A DNA stretch of 64,000 nt from Candidatus Obscuribacterales bacterium (GCA_965228855.1 CBDDIJ010000003.1:2656001-2720000), one strand, 5' to 3'. Positions 25,959 through 36,622 are shown, counted from the first letter of the stretch. The notes: generated by a model not told the origin, from the sequence alone. Numbers and translations are program-made.

Positions 25959-26555
25959 ATGAATAAATCGAGATCAGGATTAAAGGTGGCCCAGTCCAGC
26001 CTGTCAAAAGGAATCGCCACGTGCCTGACACTTGCAATTGCAGCGTCGTCGCTCAGCTCATGCGGTTTCTTTCCACTGGGAAATGGCGGTGGACCGCGCG
26101 CGATGAAGAGCGTAACGGCAGAACCCTATGTTCCACGCGGTAAGGATTTGAAGGTATTTTTCGTTCGCGAAGCAAACAACCAACTAGATATTGTTCCTAT
26201 CTCCCGCCCGAAGTACAGCAGCGACGCGCTCACGGGAGCTATCGAGGAATTGCTTCAGGGACCGGATAACAGCGAGGTATCTAAGGGAGTCGGCACCGAA
26301 ATTCCGAGAGGAACGATTCTGCTTGGTATCAAACGTAGTGGCGACAATATTGAACTGAATCTGTCGAAGAGATTTGCTGCCAGTGCCGGTCCAACATCGA
26401 TGGAGACTCGGCTGGAGCAGCTCTCGCGCACAGTAAAGGCAGTTGAAGGCGACGTTGATGTCTACGTTAACATTGAAGGCGAACGCCTTACAGCGACCAG
26501 CGCTGACGGTTTAGAGATCGCACAACCGATCAATCAGCAACCGGAGTTCAACTAA
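25959..26555 (+). CDS. GerMN-domain lipoprotein
   Basis: Lipobox-like LSSC; AIEELLQGP..TEIPRGT.LL..LNLS..F..RLEQL..T..V.V.IEG. Confidence 0.85.
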   Translation: MNKSRSGLKVAQSSLSKGIATCLTLAIAASSLSSCGFFPLGNGGGPRAMKSVTAEPYVPRGKDLKVFFVREANNQLDIVPISRPKYSSDALTGAIEELLQGPDNSEVSKGVGTEIPRGTILLGIKRSGDNIELNLSKRFAASAGPTSMETRLEQLSRTVKAVEGDVDVYVNIEGERLTATSADGLEIAQPINQQPEFN

Positions 26556-26662
26556 AAGCGACAAATCGCCGACTTATGGGTTATTCTATAAGTCAGGGGA
26601 TGAAACCCCGCGTAAAGGTCCGTAACACGAAGCGCTCTCGACGGCTCCGGAGGCGACCCCTC

Positions 26663-26671
26663 TGGTATGAT
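26663..26671 (+). promoter_or_regulatory. Candidate extended -10 promoter for rpmE
   Basis: TGgTATGAT about 40 nt upstream of the rpmE ATG. Confidence 0.4.
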
Positions 26672-26712
26672 CAGTGATTCGTGTGCCAAAGTTATCAATT
26701 GGAAGTTCAGTC

Positions 26713-26937
26713 ATGAAAGAAGGCATTCATCCTAAATACTTTGACGTCGTAGCAACTTGCGTCTGCGGCGGGGAAGTTCAGTTGGGCTCGACCCAACAGA
26801 ACATCAGAGTAGAAATCTGCAGCTCCTGCCACCCGTTCTACACCGGTCAGCAAAAGATTGTTGACACGGAAGGACGCGTTGATAGATTCGTCAAGCGCTA
26901 CTCCAAAGTCAAAAAAGAAGAAGCAAAAGTTAAATAA
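26713..26937 (+). CDS. rpmE: 50S ribosomal protein L31 (zinc-binding, four-Cys type)
   Basis: MKEGIHPKY..CVCG..EICSSCHPFYTGQQKIVDTEGRVDRF. Confidence 0.97.
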   Translation: MKEGIHPKYFDVVATCVCGGEVQLGSTQQNIRVEICSSCHPFYTGQQKIVDTEGRVDRFVKRYSKVKKEEAKVK

Positions 26938-26970
26938 GCTCCGTCTTATTTACACTGCATTCAGGCTTCT

Positions 26971-27011
26971 GAAACCTGGCAAGCTACCTTGCCGGGTTTC
27001 TGTTCTTTTTT
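26971..27011 (+). terminator. Intrinsic terminator after rpmE
   Basis: GAAACCTGGCAAG-CTAC-CTTGCCGGGTTTC followed by TGTTCTTTTTT. Confidence 0.8.
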
Positions 27012-27119
27012 AAAACAACGACAAACGCCAATCGCGGGCTATACTTGTTCGGATAGGATGCCGGAAAATCCTCGCCCTCGGTGCGGCGGATTCGCCGGAA
27101 GATAAGGACGAGGTGCCGA

Positions 27120-27863
27120 ATGCTCGCACAACGAAATAAGCTTGAAGTCAAAGACCGCCTAATTGTTGCTCTCGATGTTTCTTCAGTCGATGAAGCCAAA
27201 AAAATAGTCACCGATCTTAAAGACCATGTAGGCATGTTCAAAATGGGTTTGGAACTCTATACTCACGCGGGTCTGGAGCTGTTTGAACTTATGCGATCGG
27301 AGGGCATCAAGGTCTTCTTCGACGGCAAATTCCACGATATTCCGAACACCGCAGCCCAGGCGTCGCGCAACATTACCCGTCAGGGTGTCTCAATGTTCAA
27401 TGTTCATGCCACCGGCGGCAGTGCGATGATGAAAGCGGCAGTTGAAGCCAGCGCGGAGGCTGCAAAAGAGAAAGACTTCGAACGACCCTATCTAATAGCA
27501 GTTACGGTTTTGACAAGCATGGGTCCTGAAACCGTTCGCGACGAACTCAAAGTGAACGATGAGGTTTTGAACTACGTCACCCATCTAGCCAAGTTGACTA
27601 AGCAGAGTGGCCTCGATGGAGTGGTGGCATCAGCAAGAGAAGCGGCATCGATTCGCAAAGCGTGCGGCGATGACTTCTTAATAGTAACTCCAGGAATCCG
27701 CCCGCAATGGGCGGCGACGAACGATCAGAATCGTATCGTCACGCCGGCACAAGCACTGAAAGATGGTGCGGACTTCCTGGTAATCGGAAGACCGATCACC
27801 GCAGCAAGTGACAGAAAGTCTGCGGCGCAAAAGGTTCTCGAAGAGATGAGCAGCGCATTCTAA
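27120..27863 (+). CDS. pyrF: Orotidine-5'-phosphate decarboxylase
   Basis: LIVALD, DGKFHDIPNT, AVTVLTS, VTPGIRP, VIGRPIT; RBS GAGGTG before ATG 27120. Confidence 0.95.
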   Translation: MLAQRNKLEVKDRLIVALDVSSVDEAKKIVTDLKDHVGMFKMGLELYTHAGLELFELMRSEGIKVFFDGKFHDIPNTAAQASRNITRQGVSMFNVHATGGSAMMKAAVEASAEAAKEKDFERPYLIAVTVLTSMGPETVRDELKVNDEVLNYVTHLAKLTKQSGLDGVVASAREAASIRKACGDDFLIVTPGIRPQWAATNDQNRIVTPAQALKDGADFLVIGRPITAASDRKSAAQKVLEEMSSAF

Positions 27864-27876
27864 AAGGCTAACCGGT

Positions 27877-30324
27877 TCAAACTAGTTCCGAACTGCCTTC
27901 GTCGAAGAAATCGTTTATCTCATTGCGAAGCTCTTCCACATTCTGGTGCCTGGCCTCAAGCGACATCGCAGTGGCGCGAGCGACCAGCAAATCCATATTG
28001 TCGGAAACAGCCTCGTTGATTCGCTTCGGATGAGAGACGCTGATAGGCTCAGGCTCCGTCGCCGTCAACAGATAATGCAACGTTGCTCCGAGTGAATACA
28101 AATCGCTTTGTGCAACGGGAGTTCCGCGAAATTGTTCCGGAGGGAGATAGGCGTGCTTGCCGACGACGGTGCCAGTCGCAGTCGAGTCGGTTTGCTGCGC
28201 CACATTAAAGTCGACAAGTTTCAACTTACCATCAGGACGCAAAATTAGATTATCAGGTGTAAAGTCTCGATGCACCACCGGCGGTTCTAAGCCATGCAAG
28301 TATTTGAGCATAGTGCACATCTGTTTAGCAAGCCCTAAGACCTGTTTCTCCGACAGGGCACCCTGCTCTTCAACAATCTGCTTGAGAGATTTTCCTTCGA
28401 TATGCTCAAGCACCAGATAACTTCGATGGTCCTCAACGAAAAAATCGAGAAGTTTTACAATTTGATCGTGATCGAGTTGCTTGAGAATCCGTGCCTCGTT
28501 CTCAAAGCGCTCCAGTGCCTGTCTTCGTACAGATACTTCGACGTAGACGGGCAGGATAAACTCTTTTAAAACGACAGTGCCTTTGGCATGCAAATCGTTG
28601 GCGAGATAAGCAGTTCCCTGACCACCAACGCCGAGCTGACCGAGAACTTCAAATCGCTTATCCTGCAGAGAAGCGCCATCCGACAGCGGTTTAAACCTCT
28701 CACGCTTTGGAGGAGCGGCCAGCGCCTGCAACCACAATTCCGTATAGCTATGGTCAGCCGGTCGCTGTAGTATTTGCAAAACGGAGGCATCTCGTTCAAC
28801 GCCTGGTGCGTAGCGCTCGATGGCTTTCAAAATCCGCTCCCTATCATCGACTTGCATGACGGACGAAAGCTTAATTTTGACGTTTCGATCTGCACCTTTA
28901 TCACCGCCTGCATCGAACAGCAAACACTGATCCGCAGGAGATGTTTTTCCTTTTGGCATGAACAACCGGATTTTGTGGAACGCACTCCACTTGATGTAGT
29001 CTCCGTTTACATCGATAATCGAATGGCGCCAGAGATACCGAATTCCTTTTGCGCTGAATCCGATATGAGTAGGTTTCAGCAAGTAAAGGAACCCACCAAT
29101 TCCGCAAATTCCAAGTAGGAATGTTTGAAAAACGTTCAAGAAGTTGATAGTAGGTCCGGAGCTGGCAGCAGTGGCCGCTGCTGTTGCGACTCCTGGAACA
29201 TGAGTCAGATTATCGAGACACCACTGTGGCGCTCCGACAAGAAAAAATATCGCCACCGTAGCAATCAAAAACATCAATTTCTTATTACTGCGCTCTTTCA
29301 TTCTATGCTTAAACCAGCGCTCCCAATCTGCAAAGGCGCGGTAACGAACGATCATGTCGTCGTCTGAAACCTTTGGAGGAGAATTTTTCGCTCGTTCGGA
29401 ATAAATACGAAAATCTCGGTCGAGCATCGCAGCTGCGACTATTCGTCGTTTCAACAAATAGAAACCAAGGTACTGGGCGACGATAAATACGAGGGCGAAA
29501 ACCACCGAATATACGTTCGGATCGACCAGAAATGTACTTCGAGTGAGAGCGCCATTAAAACGGGAAAGAGTAAACGTGATGATACTCGAGCCGATGACTA
29601 CAATCGGACTGAGATTGAACAATAGACCGATTCCAAAATGCTTAATCCAGGCGGGAACACCACTGTCGACGCCATGCCGTTTTTCAATTTGACTCAAAGT
29701 AATCGACGAGGAAATCGGCCACTTCCACTGGTAAATCGTATACGCGACCAGCAAGAGGGCCCAAACAGCAAGCGGAAAGTATCCGAGTGACGGAGGCATG
29801 TTGAACATTCTAATCGGAAGCATCACGAGAGCGAATATCAACATCGCGTAAACAGGCACAGGAGCCATGTTCAAAATCCTGAGCGGTTTGATATTGGTCG
29901 CACCATGAACATCGACCATCGCCCGCGCCGTCCGATAGCTAGCAAACGTCCAGTAGAAGTACGAAAAGATGATCATAGCAAAGGGGTCATTGCAACCTGC
30001 GATGAAAAAGATGATTGCTGGTAGAAGCGTCGGCAGCCTTTTCAGAGCCTTAAACTTTGACTCATTTGGGTCGACCTTATTTTCCCCTGATTTCTCGCTC
30101 ACCAAACCCAGCAGTTCATCGCCGGTCGCGTCCGTCGTCTGTTCTTTTGCACTGACGTTCGAAACTGCAGCTAACGGTTCAGTAATCGATGATACCGCTG
30201 ATGATATCAAACGCTCTTCTTCCGGGTCGGAAACCTTGAGCTTAATCCCTGGTTCTGCATTGGCAATCAGTTCTGGATTCAATCCCTCACGAGCCTTCTC
30301 CGGTTCGTGATTAAAATCACTCAT
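27877..30324 (-). CDS. Multi-pass membrane Ser/Thr protein kinase (kinase C-terminal)
   Basis: About 8 TM segments, then GVGGQG, VVLKE, HRDFTPDN, DFN, GKHAYLPPEQ. Confidence 0.9.
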   Translation of the reverse strand: MSDFNHEPEKAREGLNPELIANAEPGIKLKVSDPEEERLISSAVSSITEPLAAVSNVSAKEQTTDATGDELLGLVSEKSGENKVDPNESKFKALKRLPTLLPAIIFFIAGCNDPFAMIIFSYFYWTFASYRTARAMVDVHGATNIKPLRILNMAPVPVYAMLIFALVMLPIRMFNMPPSLGYFPLAVWALLLVAYTIYQWKWPISSSITLSQIEKRHGVDSGVPAWIKHFGIGLLFNLSPIVVIGSSIITFTLSRFNGALTRSTFLVDPNVYSVVFALVFIVAQYLGFYLLKRRIVAAAMLDRDFRIYSERAKNSPPKVSDDDMIVRYRAFADWERWFKHRMKERSNKKLMFLIATVAIFFLVGAPQWCLDNLTHVPGVATAAATAASSGPTINFLNVFQTFLLGICGIGGFLYLLKPTHIGFSAKGIRYLWRHSIIDVNGDYIKWSAFHKIRLFMPKGKTSPADQCLLFDAGGDKGADRNVKIKLSSVMQVDDRERILKAIERYAPGVERDASVLQILQRPADHSYTELWLQALAAPPKRERFKPLSDGASLQDKRFEVLGQLGVGGQGTAYLANDLHAKGTVVLKEFILPVYVEVSVRRQALERFENEARILKQLDHDQIVKLLDFFVEDHRSYLVLEHIEGKSLKQIVEEQGALSEKQVLGLAKQMCTMLKYLHGLEPPVVHRDFTPDNLILRPDGKLKLVDFNVAQQTDSTATGTVVGKHAYLPPEQFRGTPVAQSDLYSLGATLHYLLTATEPEPISVSHPKRINEAVSDNMDLLVARATAMSLEARHQNVEELRNEINDFFDEGSSELV

Positions 30325-31795
30325 GCGGAGCACCTCCTGAAACCAGGTCTCCGGCATCATCAGCGGACACCGAACCCGGAGACGACTCAGGCTCCTCGAT
30401 CTTTAAATTTTGGAGTTGCTCCAGAAGCGCGGTTGCCGATTCAAAACGATCTTCCGGTTCAAATTCCGTGAGTTTGGCGACAAGGTTGTCGAAGCTTTGA
30501 GAAACTTCGGGTAAAGCCTTCTTCGGATGCGCCACCGAAAGTGGTGTCGGGTCACGACCGACCAGCATATAAAAAAGCGAGCAACCAAGAGAATACAAGT
30601 CACTTTGCTGAGTAGCTTTTCCTCTCAACTGCTCTGGCGGCATATAAGCCTGCTTTCCGACCAGTGTGCCGGTAGCCTGACCTATAAACTCATTAGCGAC
30701 GCCGAAGTCGATTAAGACAACTTCTCCGTCGTTACGCAGTACCAAGTTATCCGGCGTCAAATCTCGGTGAATAATTGGCGGTTCTTGCGCATGCAAGTAT
30801 TCAACGATGCTAGATATCTGCTCCGCCCATGTGAGAACCTGGTCCTGCTTCTGAGGACCATTCTGTTTCACATACTGGCGCAAGTCCTGACCGTGAACGT
30901 ATTCCAAAAGCAAGTAATGCCGCCCGGCTTCAACGAAGTGGTCGAGCACGCGAGCAATATTGCCGTGCTGGAGGCGCATCAGAAGTTTCGCCTCTCGAAC
31001 GATTCTATCCTCAGCACGCTTCTTCGACTCTTCATCTGCATTCGGCGGAATCACCGCTTCCTTTACCACAACGATATCCAGATTGTTCAGTTGGGCTTGA
31101 TAGATCGCGGAGAGACCGCCAAAAGCAAGCTGCTTCGTAATTTTGAGTGCACCATCACGAAGCACCGCATCCGGTTCTAGAGGAACAAACGACGTAGCGT
31201 TGAAACGCCTGCTCAATTCCTCTTCCCACATCTGGGTGTGACTGAGTTGATTGACGCCTCGAATCTCATTCTGCAAGCGGGTTTGATAATCTATGAGCAG
31301 AGGCGAACGATTGCAGTTAGTCCCCCAAAGTTCAATCGCCAACAAAAGTTGCTCTCTATCACCGGTATCGATGCCACCAAGATTAATACCAACGTTTCCA
31401 GAGTCAAAGGTCAAAAACAGTTTGCCTTCAGGGTCAGAATTGTCAGAAAGCAGTGTTGCGTCCTTGAGCTCAGCCCACGAGCGGTTTCGTCGCATATTCA
31501 AGAACGGCATGAAGAACAACGGAAAAATTATGCCGTCTTTTGAAACGTAGAGCTTATCATCCTCAGTAACGGCAGTTAAAATCAAGCCCAGAAGATTGAC
31601 AGTGAGCAAGCCGAAACAGATTATCAGCGTAGCGACGGATGTAGCAATATGAGGGTTTCGATAAACGTAACCAATGAAGAGCCCAAGAAGAATCGGTGCG
31701 AGCAAGCCCCACACGGGGAACAACGCGCACATAACACCGAAGCCAGCGCGCGTGGGTGCGGTCTTGTACCGGACAGAAAGCTCAAGCTCCGCCAT
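30317..31795 (-). CDS. Two-TM membrane Ser/Thr protein kinase
   Basis: Two N-terminal TMs; AFGGLS, VVVKE, HRDLTPDN, DFG, GKQAYMPPEQ; overlaps the downstream kinase start. Confidence 0.9.
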   Translation of the reverse strand: MAELELSVRYKTAPTRAGFGVMCALFPVWGLLAPILLGLFIGYVYRNPHIATSVATLIICFGLLTVNLLGLILTAVTEDDKLYVSKDGIIFPLFFMPFLNMRRNRSWAELKDATLLSDNSDPEGKLFLTFDSGNVGINLGGIDTGDREQLLLAIELWGTNCNRSPLLIDYQTRLQNEIRGVNQLSHTQMWEEELSRRFNATSFVPLEPDAVLRDGALKITKQLAFGGLSAIYQAQLNNLDIVVVKEAVIPPNADEESKKRAEDRIVREAKLLMRLQHGNIARVLDHFVEAGRHYLLLEYVHGQDLRQYVKQNGPQKQDQVLTWAEQISSIVEYLHAQEPPIIHRDLTPDNLVLRNDGEVVLIDFGVANEFIGQATGTLVGKQAYMPPEQLRGKATQQSDLYSLGCSLFYMLVGRDPTPLSVAHPKKALPEVSQSFDNLVAKLTEFEPEDRFESATALLEQLQNLKIEEPESSPGSVSADDAGDLVSGGAPHE

Positions 31796-31962
31796 TTACT
31801 CTAAAGCCTACAACCAGATGATGATCACGTTTCCACTGATCGAATACCCGTCCGGTTGCTCATTTAACCCCACTGGAGGCGCCTTCAGTAATAAATCTCC
31901 AAGTCCGTGTAGCTTGCAGGAAACCTGTGGAACGTTAACAGAACAGGTTTACACGTTCAAAC

Positions 31963-33213
31963 CTACTTTGCGGATCCAACATGGCTGAGATAATCATCGA
32001 CATCCTCAGCTTTATTGTTTCCATCGCCATTATCAGAATCGCTGGAAGATGCTGTTTCCACCTCAATGACAGGCGGAGTCAAGCGTGTGCTCGATTCAAT
32101 ACTTTTCTTGCGAGCGCGCTCGGATTTCCGCTCGGAATCGAGAAGCTTCCGTTCTTCCTCAGCGATGCGCTCGCTCTTTTCAGTCTGCGAACGGCGCTTC
32201 TTATCGGTGTCCGCAAGCACTATCGGCTCGACTTTGATTATGCGCTCGAGACGAGCGTGAGAACCTGTGTTGCGCAGTTCTTTGTCCGACCCAGAGGACT
32301 TTTCTTCGTGAAGTGTCTCATGCATCTCGGTCGTGGAGTTGAGCGTAATCGGGTCGCGCCTGCCCATGCTGAACAATGAAAGAAAATTGCTCATGGTGTT
32401 GGTGCTGGTCGAATCTCCGCCTTGCGTGTACAAGTACAGAATCGGTTCGCGCAGATCGTCTGCATTTTTGTAGCGCGCCAGCATTCCACGACTGGCAGCC
32501 GAAACTGCTCCGGTTTCTTCAGAGACGACGATGCACAAGCCGTCGTATGTTTCAGATAGACCAATCGCAGCTCTGTGTCGCGTTCCATAACGATAACTGA
32601 GCTGAGGATCGTCCGTCATCGGCAAAATCACACCTGCTGCAATTATCTTGTCCTGCCTTATTACTACGGCTCCATCATGAAGGGGAGAATTCGGGAAAAA
32701 GATGCTCAACAACAATGTCGATGATATGTTGGCATTAACTGTGGTGCCCGGGCTGACGTAGTCGCGTTCGCCTTGCGACGGCTCGATGACAATCAACGCG
32801 CCAGTTTTCGAGCGGGAAAGTTCACGAACAGCGGAGATTATTTGTTCGATCTCTCGCTTGGTTTTCTCCATCTCTGCGTCTGTCAAAGACCAGTCGATCT
32901 TAAGACTTTGCATTCGGCCAAGGTGACTCAAGCCGCGCCGCAACTCAGGTTGGAAGATGATAACGAGTGCGATTAATACAACAGGAACGAATGTATGGAG
33001 AAGCGAAGTGATAAGTGTAAAGTGAAGAACATACGCGAGTCCCCAGATCGCAGCAATCACGAGAACACCCTTGACGAGCCGTTCTGCATTACTGCCGATT
33101 ATGCGTTGCCAACTCCAGGCAATCAAATAACTGATCATGAGAACCTGAATGACAAGCGGAATCAGGATTTCCCATTTTGGTGGATTAATGATGCCGAGCA
33201 GATCTTCCATCAA
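31963..33213 (-). CDS. cdaA: Diadenylate cyclase CdaA with charged C-terminal extension
   Basis: Three TMs, FQPELRR, GALIVIE, PLHDGAV, GTRHRAAIG, VSEETG. Confidence 0.92.
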   Translation of the reverse strand: MMEDLLGIINPPKWEILIPLVIQVLMISYLIAWSWQRIIGSNAERLVKGVLVIAAIWGLAYVLHFTLITSLLHTFVPVVLIALVIIFQPELRRGLSHLGRMQSLKIDWSLTDAEMEKTKREIEQIISAVRELSRSKTGALIVIEPSQGERDYVSPGTTVNANISSTLLLSIFFPNSPLHDGAVVIRQDKIIAAGVILPMTDDPQLSYRYGTRHRAAIGLSETYDGLCIVVSEETGAVSAASRGMLARYKNADDLREPILYLYTQGGDSTSTNTMSNFLSLFSMGRRDPITLNSTTEMHETLHEEKSSGSDKELRNTGSHARLERIIKVEPIVLADTDKKRRSQTEKSERIAEEERKLLDSERKSERARKKSIESSTRLTPPVIEVETASSSDSDNGDGNNKAEDVDDYLSHVGSAK

Positions 33214-33235
33214 TTACTTCCACGTGAGCCCAACA

Positions 33236-34564
33236 CTAGCGTAACCAATCCGGCAATCGATCTTGCCGCAGCAAGTCATCATTACTTTCGCGCTCGACAA
33301 TCACCTCCGCGGTTCCATCTTTTATGAGCACGCAGGCTGGTCGTCCAGTCCTGTTGTAATTCGACGCCATACTGTAGTTGTAGGCGCCGGTTCCGAAAAC
33401 GGCTATTAAGTCACCCATTTCGGCGGCAATATCCGCATCTTTTATGATTATATCGCCTGATTCGCAATACCTGCCGACCAGAGTCACCGGCGCATCCGAC
33501 GGAGGCGCGTCCATGCGGCTCGCGATTGCGGCTGTGTATCTCGCGTTATAAGTTGACGGGCGCGGATTATCAGCCATCCCTCCGTCGACAGACACATAGA
33601 AACCACCGTTTGCAAGCGGCTTCACGTCGCCAGCGGTGTAAAGTGTGACACCCGCCGATCCCACAATTGACCGCCCAGGTTCGACTAACAGCTTCGGAAG
33701 CGGCAACAATCGCTTTTGAAACGCTTCGGAAACCGCATCAGCGAGACCTTTCGCCCAATCGTACAGCGATAACGGCTTGTCTTCGAGGGTGTAGGCAATC
33801 CCCAAGCCACCGCCGACATCAACAACTTCGAGGGTCATGCCGTAAGTCTGTTGAAGTCCGACAATAGTGTCGGCAAGGATTTCAACAATCTCGACGTAAT
33901 CTTCCATCTCATGAGTCTGGCTACCTATGTGGGCATGAACGCCCACCAGCTTCACCCAGGGGCTCAGTGCCAGGCCCGCGAATTCTTCGACTTCGTTAAG
34001 AGGAATACCGAATTTGCTTCCATGCTGCCCGGTTTTGATGTGTTCGTGAGTATCCGGTTCAACCCCTGGTACCACGCGAACCAGTATGCGAGCCTGTTTC
34101 CCGATGACACCAGCGATCTCATTTAACCGACTCAGTTCGGAGAAGCTGTCTACAACAACGTGAACATCATTGTTCACAGCCATCTTCAATTCCTGGTCAG
34201 TTTTATTATTGCCGTGAAGGTACATGGAGGGTCCATCTAGACCAGCTTTAAGCGCAGTGTACAGTTCTCCCTCGGATACAACATCGAGTCCCAGTCCCAG
34301 TCGCTTGACGATCTTGCACATCGCTAAGTTGAGGAAAGCCTTTCCGGCATACAGCACCTGCGAATTCGGATAGTCCTTGAGTCCAGCCCTGACAGCCTCT
34401 ACTGCGGTTTCAATGGTTTGGTAATCCATCAACCAGAGGGGCGTCCCGAAGTGCTCTGCCAGATCTACGGTATCGCACTTTCCAATCTCTAAGTGACCGT
34501 AAGAATTGGTTTCAGCGGAAACAGGCATGAGCCTTGTATTTGGCGAGATAACGGTTTTGTTCAT
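33236..34564 (-). CDS. lysA: Diaminopimelate decarboxylase
   Basis: YAGKAF, HGNNK, SKFG, HAHIGSQ, GGG, EPGRS, CESGD, GAYNYSMASNYN. Confidence 0.95.
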   Translation of the reverse strand: MNKTVISPNTRLMPVSAETNSYGHLEIGKCDTVDLAEHFGTPLWLMDYQTIETAVEAVRAGLKDYPNSQVLYAGKAFLNLAMCKIVKRLGLGLDVVSEGELYTALKAGLDGPSMYLHGNNKTDQELKMAVNNDVHVVVDSFSELSRLNEIAGVIGKQARILVRVVPGVEPDTHEHIKTGQHGSKFGIPLNEVEEFAGLALSPWVKLVGVHAHIGSQTHEMEDYVEIVEILADTIVGLQQTYGMTLEVVDVGGGLGIAYTLEDKPLSLYDWAKGLADAVSEAFQKRLLPLPKLLVEPGRSIVGSAGVTLYTAGDVKPLANGGFYVSVDGGMADNPRPSTYNARYTAAIASRMDAPPSDAPVTLVGRYCESGDIIIKDADIAAEMGDLIAVFGTGAYNYSMASNYNRTGRPACVLIKDGTAEVIVERESNDDLLRQDRLPDWLR

Positions 34565-34705
34565 CAACAAGCCTTTCGTAGCACAGCAATCAAACGACCA
34601 GCGTAAACCAATACGAATTGGTGACGCGAACGACTTCACTCAGCAATTGTCGCAGAGCTACTATTTTACAGATTTCAGCCGGAGTTCGCTACACGAAGAA
34701 GCCCG

Positions 34706-36622
34706 TCACCGGGGCATGATCAACCTTTCCACAATCGGCACGGGGAGCGGTCCCTGGTCCAGTACGAGGTTGTGAAACTCCAGCAAATCGAATTTGTCGC
34801 CCTTTGCTTTTTGATACTTTTCGCGAAGTGCCAGCCAGTCAACAAGCCCGGCATAATAAGTCGGCAATTGCGTCGAGCTGAGCTTCGCTCGCTTCAACTT
34901 TGCCTCAGCCTCGGCTTGTGTTTGGAAACATTCTTCGGTCATCAACCTCATGGCTTCCTCATCCGTCATATCTTTTGTGTGCATGCGAACATCAAGGATG
35001 GTGTTCGCGAGCAGACGAAGACGAATCTTACGCATGGTAAGACGAAACTTGGGCTCATCACCCATGAAGCCCTCGTCCATCATCACTTGAGCGATGTATT
35101 CAGCCCAACCTTCCACATAGGGACCGTTTGCGAAAAGCGAGCGCAGCAGCCTTCTTCTCTCTGGCTGGATATTATTCAAATGTTCAAACTGAATATAGTG
35201 CCCCGGCAAAGCTTCATGAATCGTCAACCACTTGAGAGTGTAATTGTTGTTCTCACGCAACCGCGATTCAGCCTTGGTCTCAGGCGTTTTCGGATCGATT
35301 GGCGTTACCCAGTATTGCGCTTCAGACTTCGGCTCCAGGGGCGGTGCACTGTGGAAGCCGGCACCTGAGTAAATTCCCCGCATGAACATTGGCGTTTCAA
35401 TGACTTTGAGGTTATCCCGTGGGCTGAGAGAAACGATTTTCTTCTCGCGAATAAATTGCTTGATTCCCTCCAGATCGTTCTCGATCGTCTTCAACAGCTG
35501 GTCTCGATGCGGATGCTCCTCACCGATTTTGTTTAAAACCTCGCCAACAATTCTGGTTTGCTTCTCATGCTCACTTTCGCCTTCCGGATTCTTCGCTTCG
35601 GGAAACATTTTCTCGTGCATGGGAAGCGCTATTCTGAGCATGTCGGCCCGCACGTCTGTGAGCGTCCTCTCTGCATTGCTCAGAAGCTGTTCTGCATTCA
35701 AATCGGTTTCCATAACCAGTTTAAACTTTTCCGGATACAGCTCCTTTCCCAGGCGCCAACTGCGCGTGCATGGTTTCTTACCCAAATCATTCTCAAGCCA
35801 TGTTGAAAACTCTTTGAGCGCTGATATCGCCACTGGTGCCACCTTATTGTAGCGATCATTCAACGGTCCGCTAGCCGGAACCTCTTTCTTCACGGTTGTT
35901 TCTATAAGATCAACATTTCCAGCGTTCTCTTCAATTGCTGTTGAAACGAAAATTGGATCGGCGTCAGTCAAATATTCCTTTGCCTGATTGAGCGCTCGCG
36001 GTATTTGCTCGATCCGGTCGAGAACGTGACCTACTCTGGTTTCCTTAGAAGCATACTCGGATGTTAGCGGCTGAAAGAGCGCGCTTCCAATCATTTCGAC
36101 TACAGCAGTCGGATTATGTTTATAATTCTGAATCTTTTCCAATTCGAGCAAATTCAAGGCGATCTGATCGTTTAAAAGCTCAGCATCAGCAGCATTCTGA
36201 GCCGTCATGTCTTTTGGATCACATTCGATTTTAAACCGATTTTGCCACTTCTTGAAGAAGGCAATTTGCTCTTCCATAAAATCAGCGCTGACATCATCGA
36301 GCATGGCATCGAGCACTAGAGCTTTCCCAGTCTTCGAGCTGGAACCTGTTTCCTTGTGAACGTGATAGCCGACCTGAGAAGCCGCACTAGGAGAGCGCGA
36401 AAGCGCCTCTTTCACAAACTGGTCGCTAATATCTGCAAACTTCTTGTCGGTGCTCGACTCGCTAGAATTATTTTTTGATGAACTCATGCGACTGACCTTC
36501 TTCTTCTCAATTTCGCCGGTATTATTCGCAGCCGGAGCACTTACCACCACAGAAGAAGACACAGTAAAACTACTGAATGCGGCGACAAAAAGTGCGGCTC
36601 GCGACTTGAGTTTCGAATCCAT
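34706..36622 (-). CDS. DUF885 family secreted protein (zincin-like)
   Basis: Signal peptide; TIHEALPGH, YVEGWAEY, D.RMH, QLPTYYAG, FDLLEFHN.VL.QGPLP. Confidence 0.85.
   Translation of the reverse strand: MDSKLKSRAALFVAAFSSFTVSSSVVVSAPAANNTGEIEKKKVSRMSSSKNNSSESSTDKKFADISDQFVKEALSRSPSAASQVGYHVHKETGSSSKTGKALVLDAMLDDVSADFMEEQIAFFKKWQNRFKIECDPKDMTAQNAADAELLNDQIALNLLELEKIQNYKHNPTAVVEMIGSALFQPLTSEYASKETRVGHVLDRIEQIPRALNQAKEYLTDADPIFVSTAIEENAGNVDLIETTVKKEVPASGPLNDRYNKVAPVAISALKEFSTWLENDLGKKPCTRSWRLGKELYPEKFKLVMETDLNAEQLLSNAERTLTDVRADMLRIALPMHEKMFPEAKNPEGESEHEKQTRIVGEVLNKIGEEHPHRDQLLKTIENDLEGIKQFIREKKIVSLSPRDNLKVIETPMFMRGIYSGAGFHSAPPLEPKSEAQYWVTPIDPKTPETKAESRLRENNNYTLKWLTIHEALPGHYIQFEHLNNIQPERRRLLRSLFANGPYVEGWAEYIAQVMMDEGFMGDEPKFRLTMRKIRLRLLANTILDVRMHTKDMTDEEAMRLMTEECFQTQAEAEAKLKRAKLSSTQLPTYYAGLVDWLALREKYQKAKGDKFDLLEFHNLVLDQGPLPVPIVERLIMPR

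Noticed and set aside
26571..26665. Riboswitch or L31 leader (hairpins GACTTATGG/CTATAAGTC and GGGG/CCCC)
   Set aside because: The hairpins lie upstream of the likely rpmE -10 element and match no motif I recognise; they are probably 3' structure of the GerMN gene.
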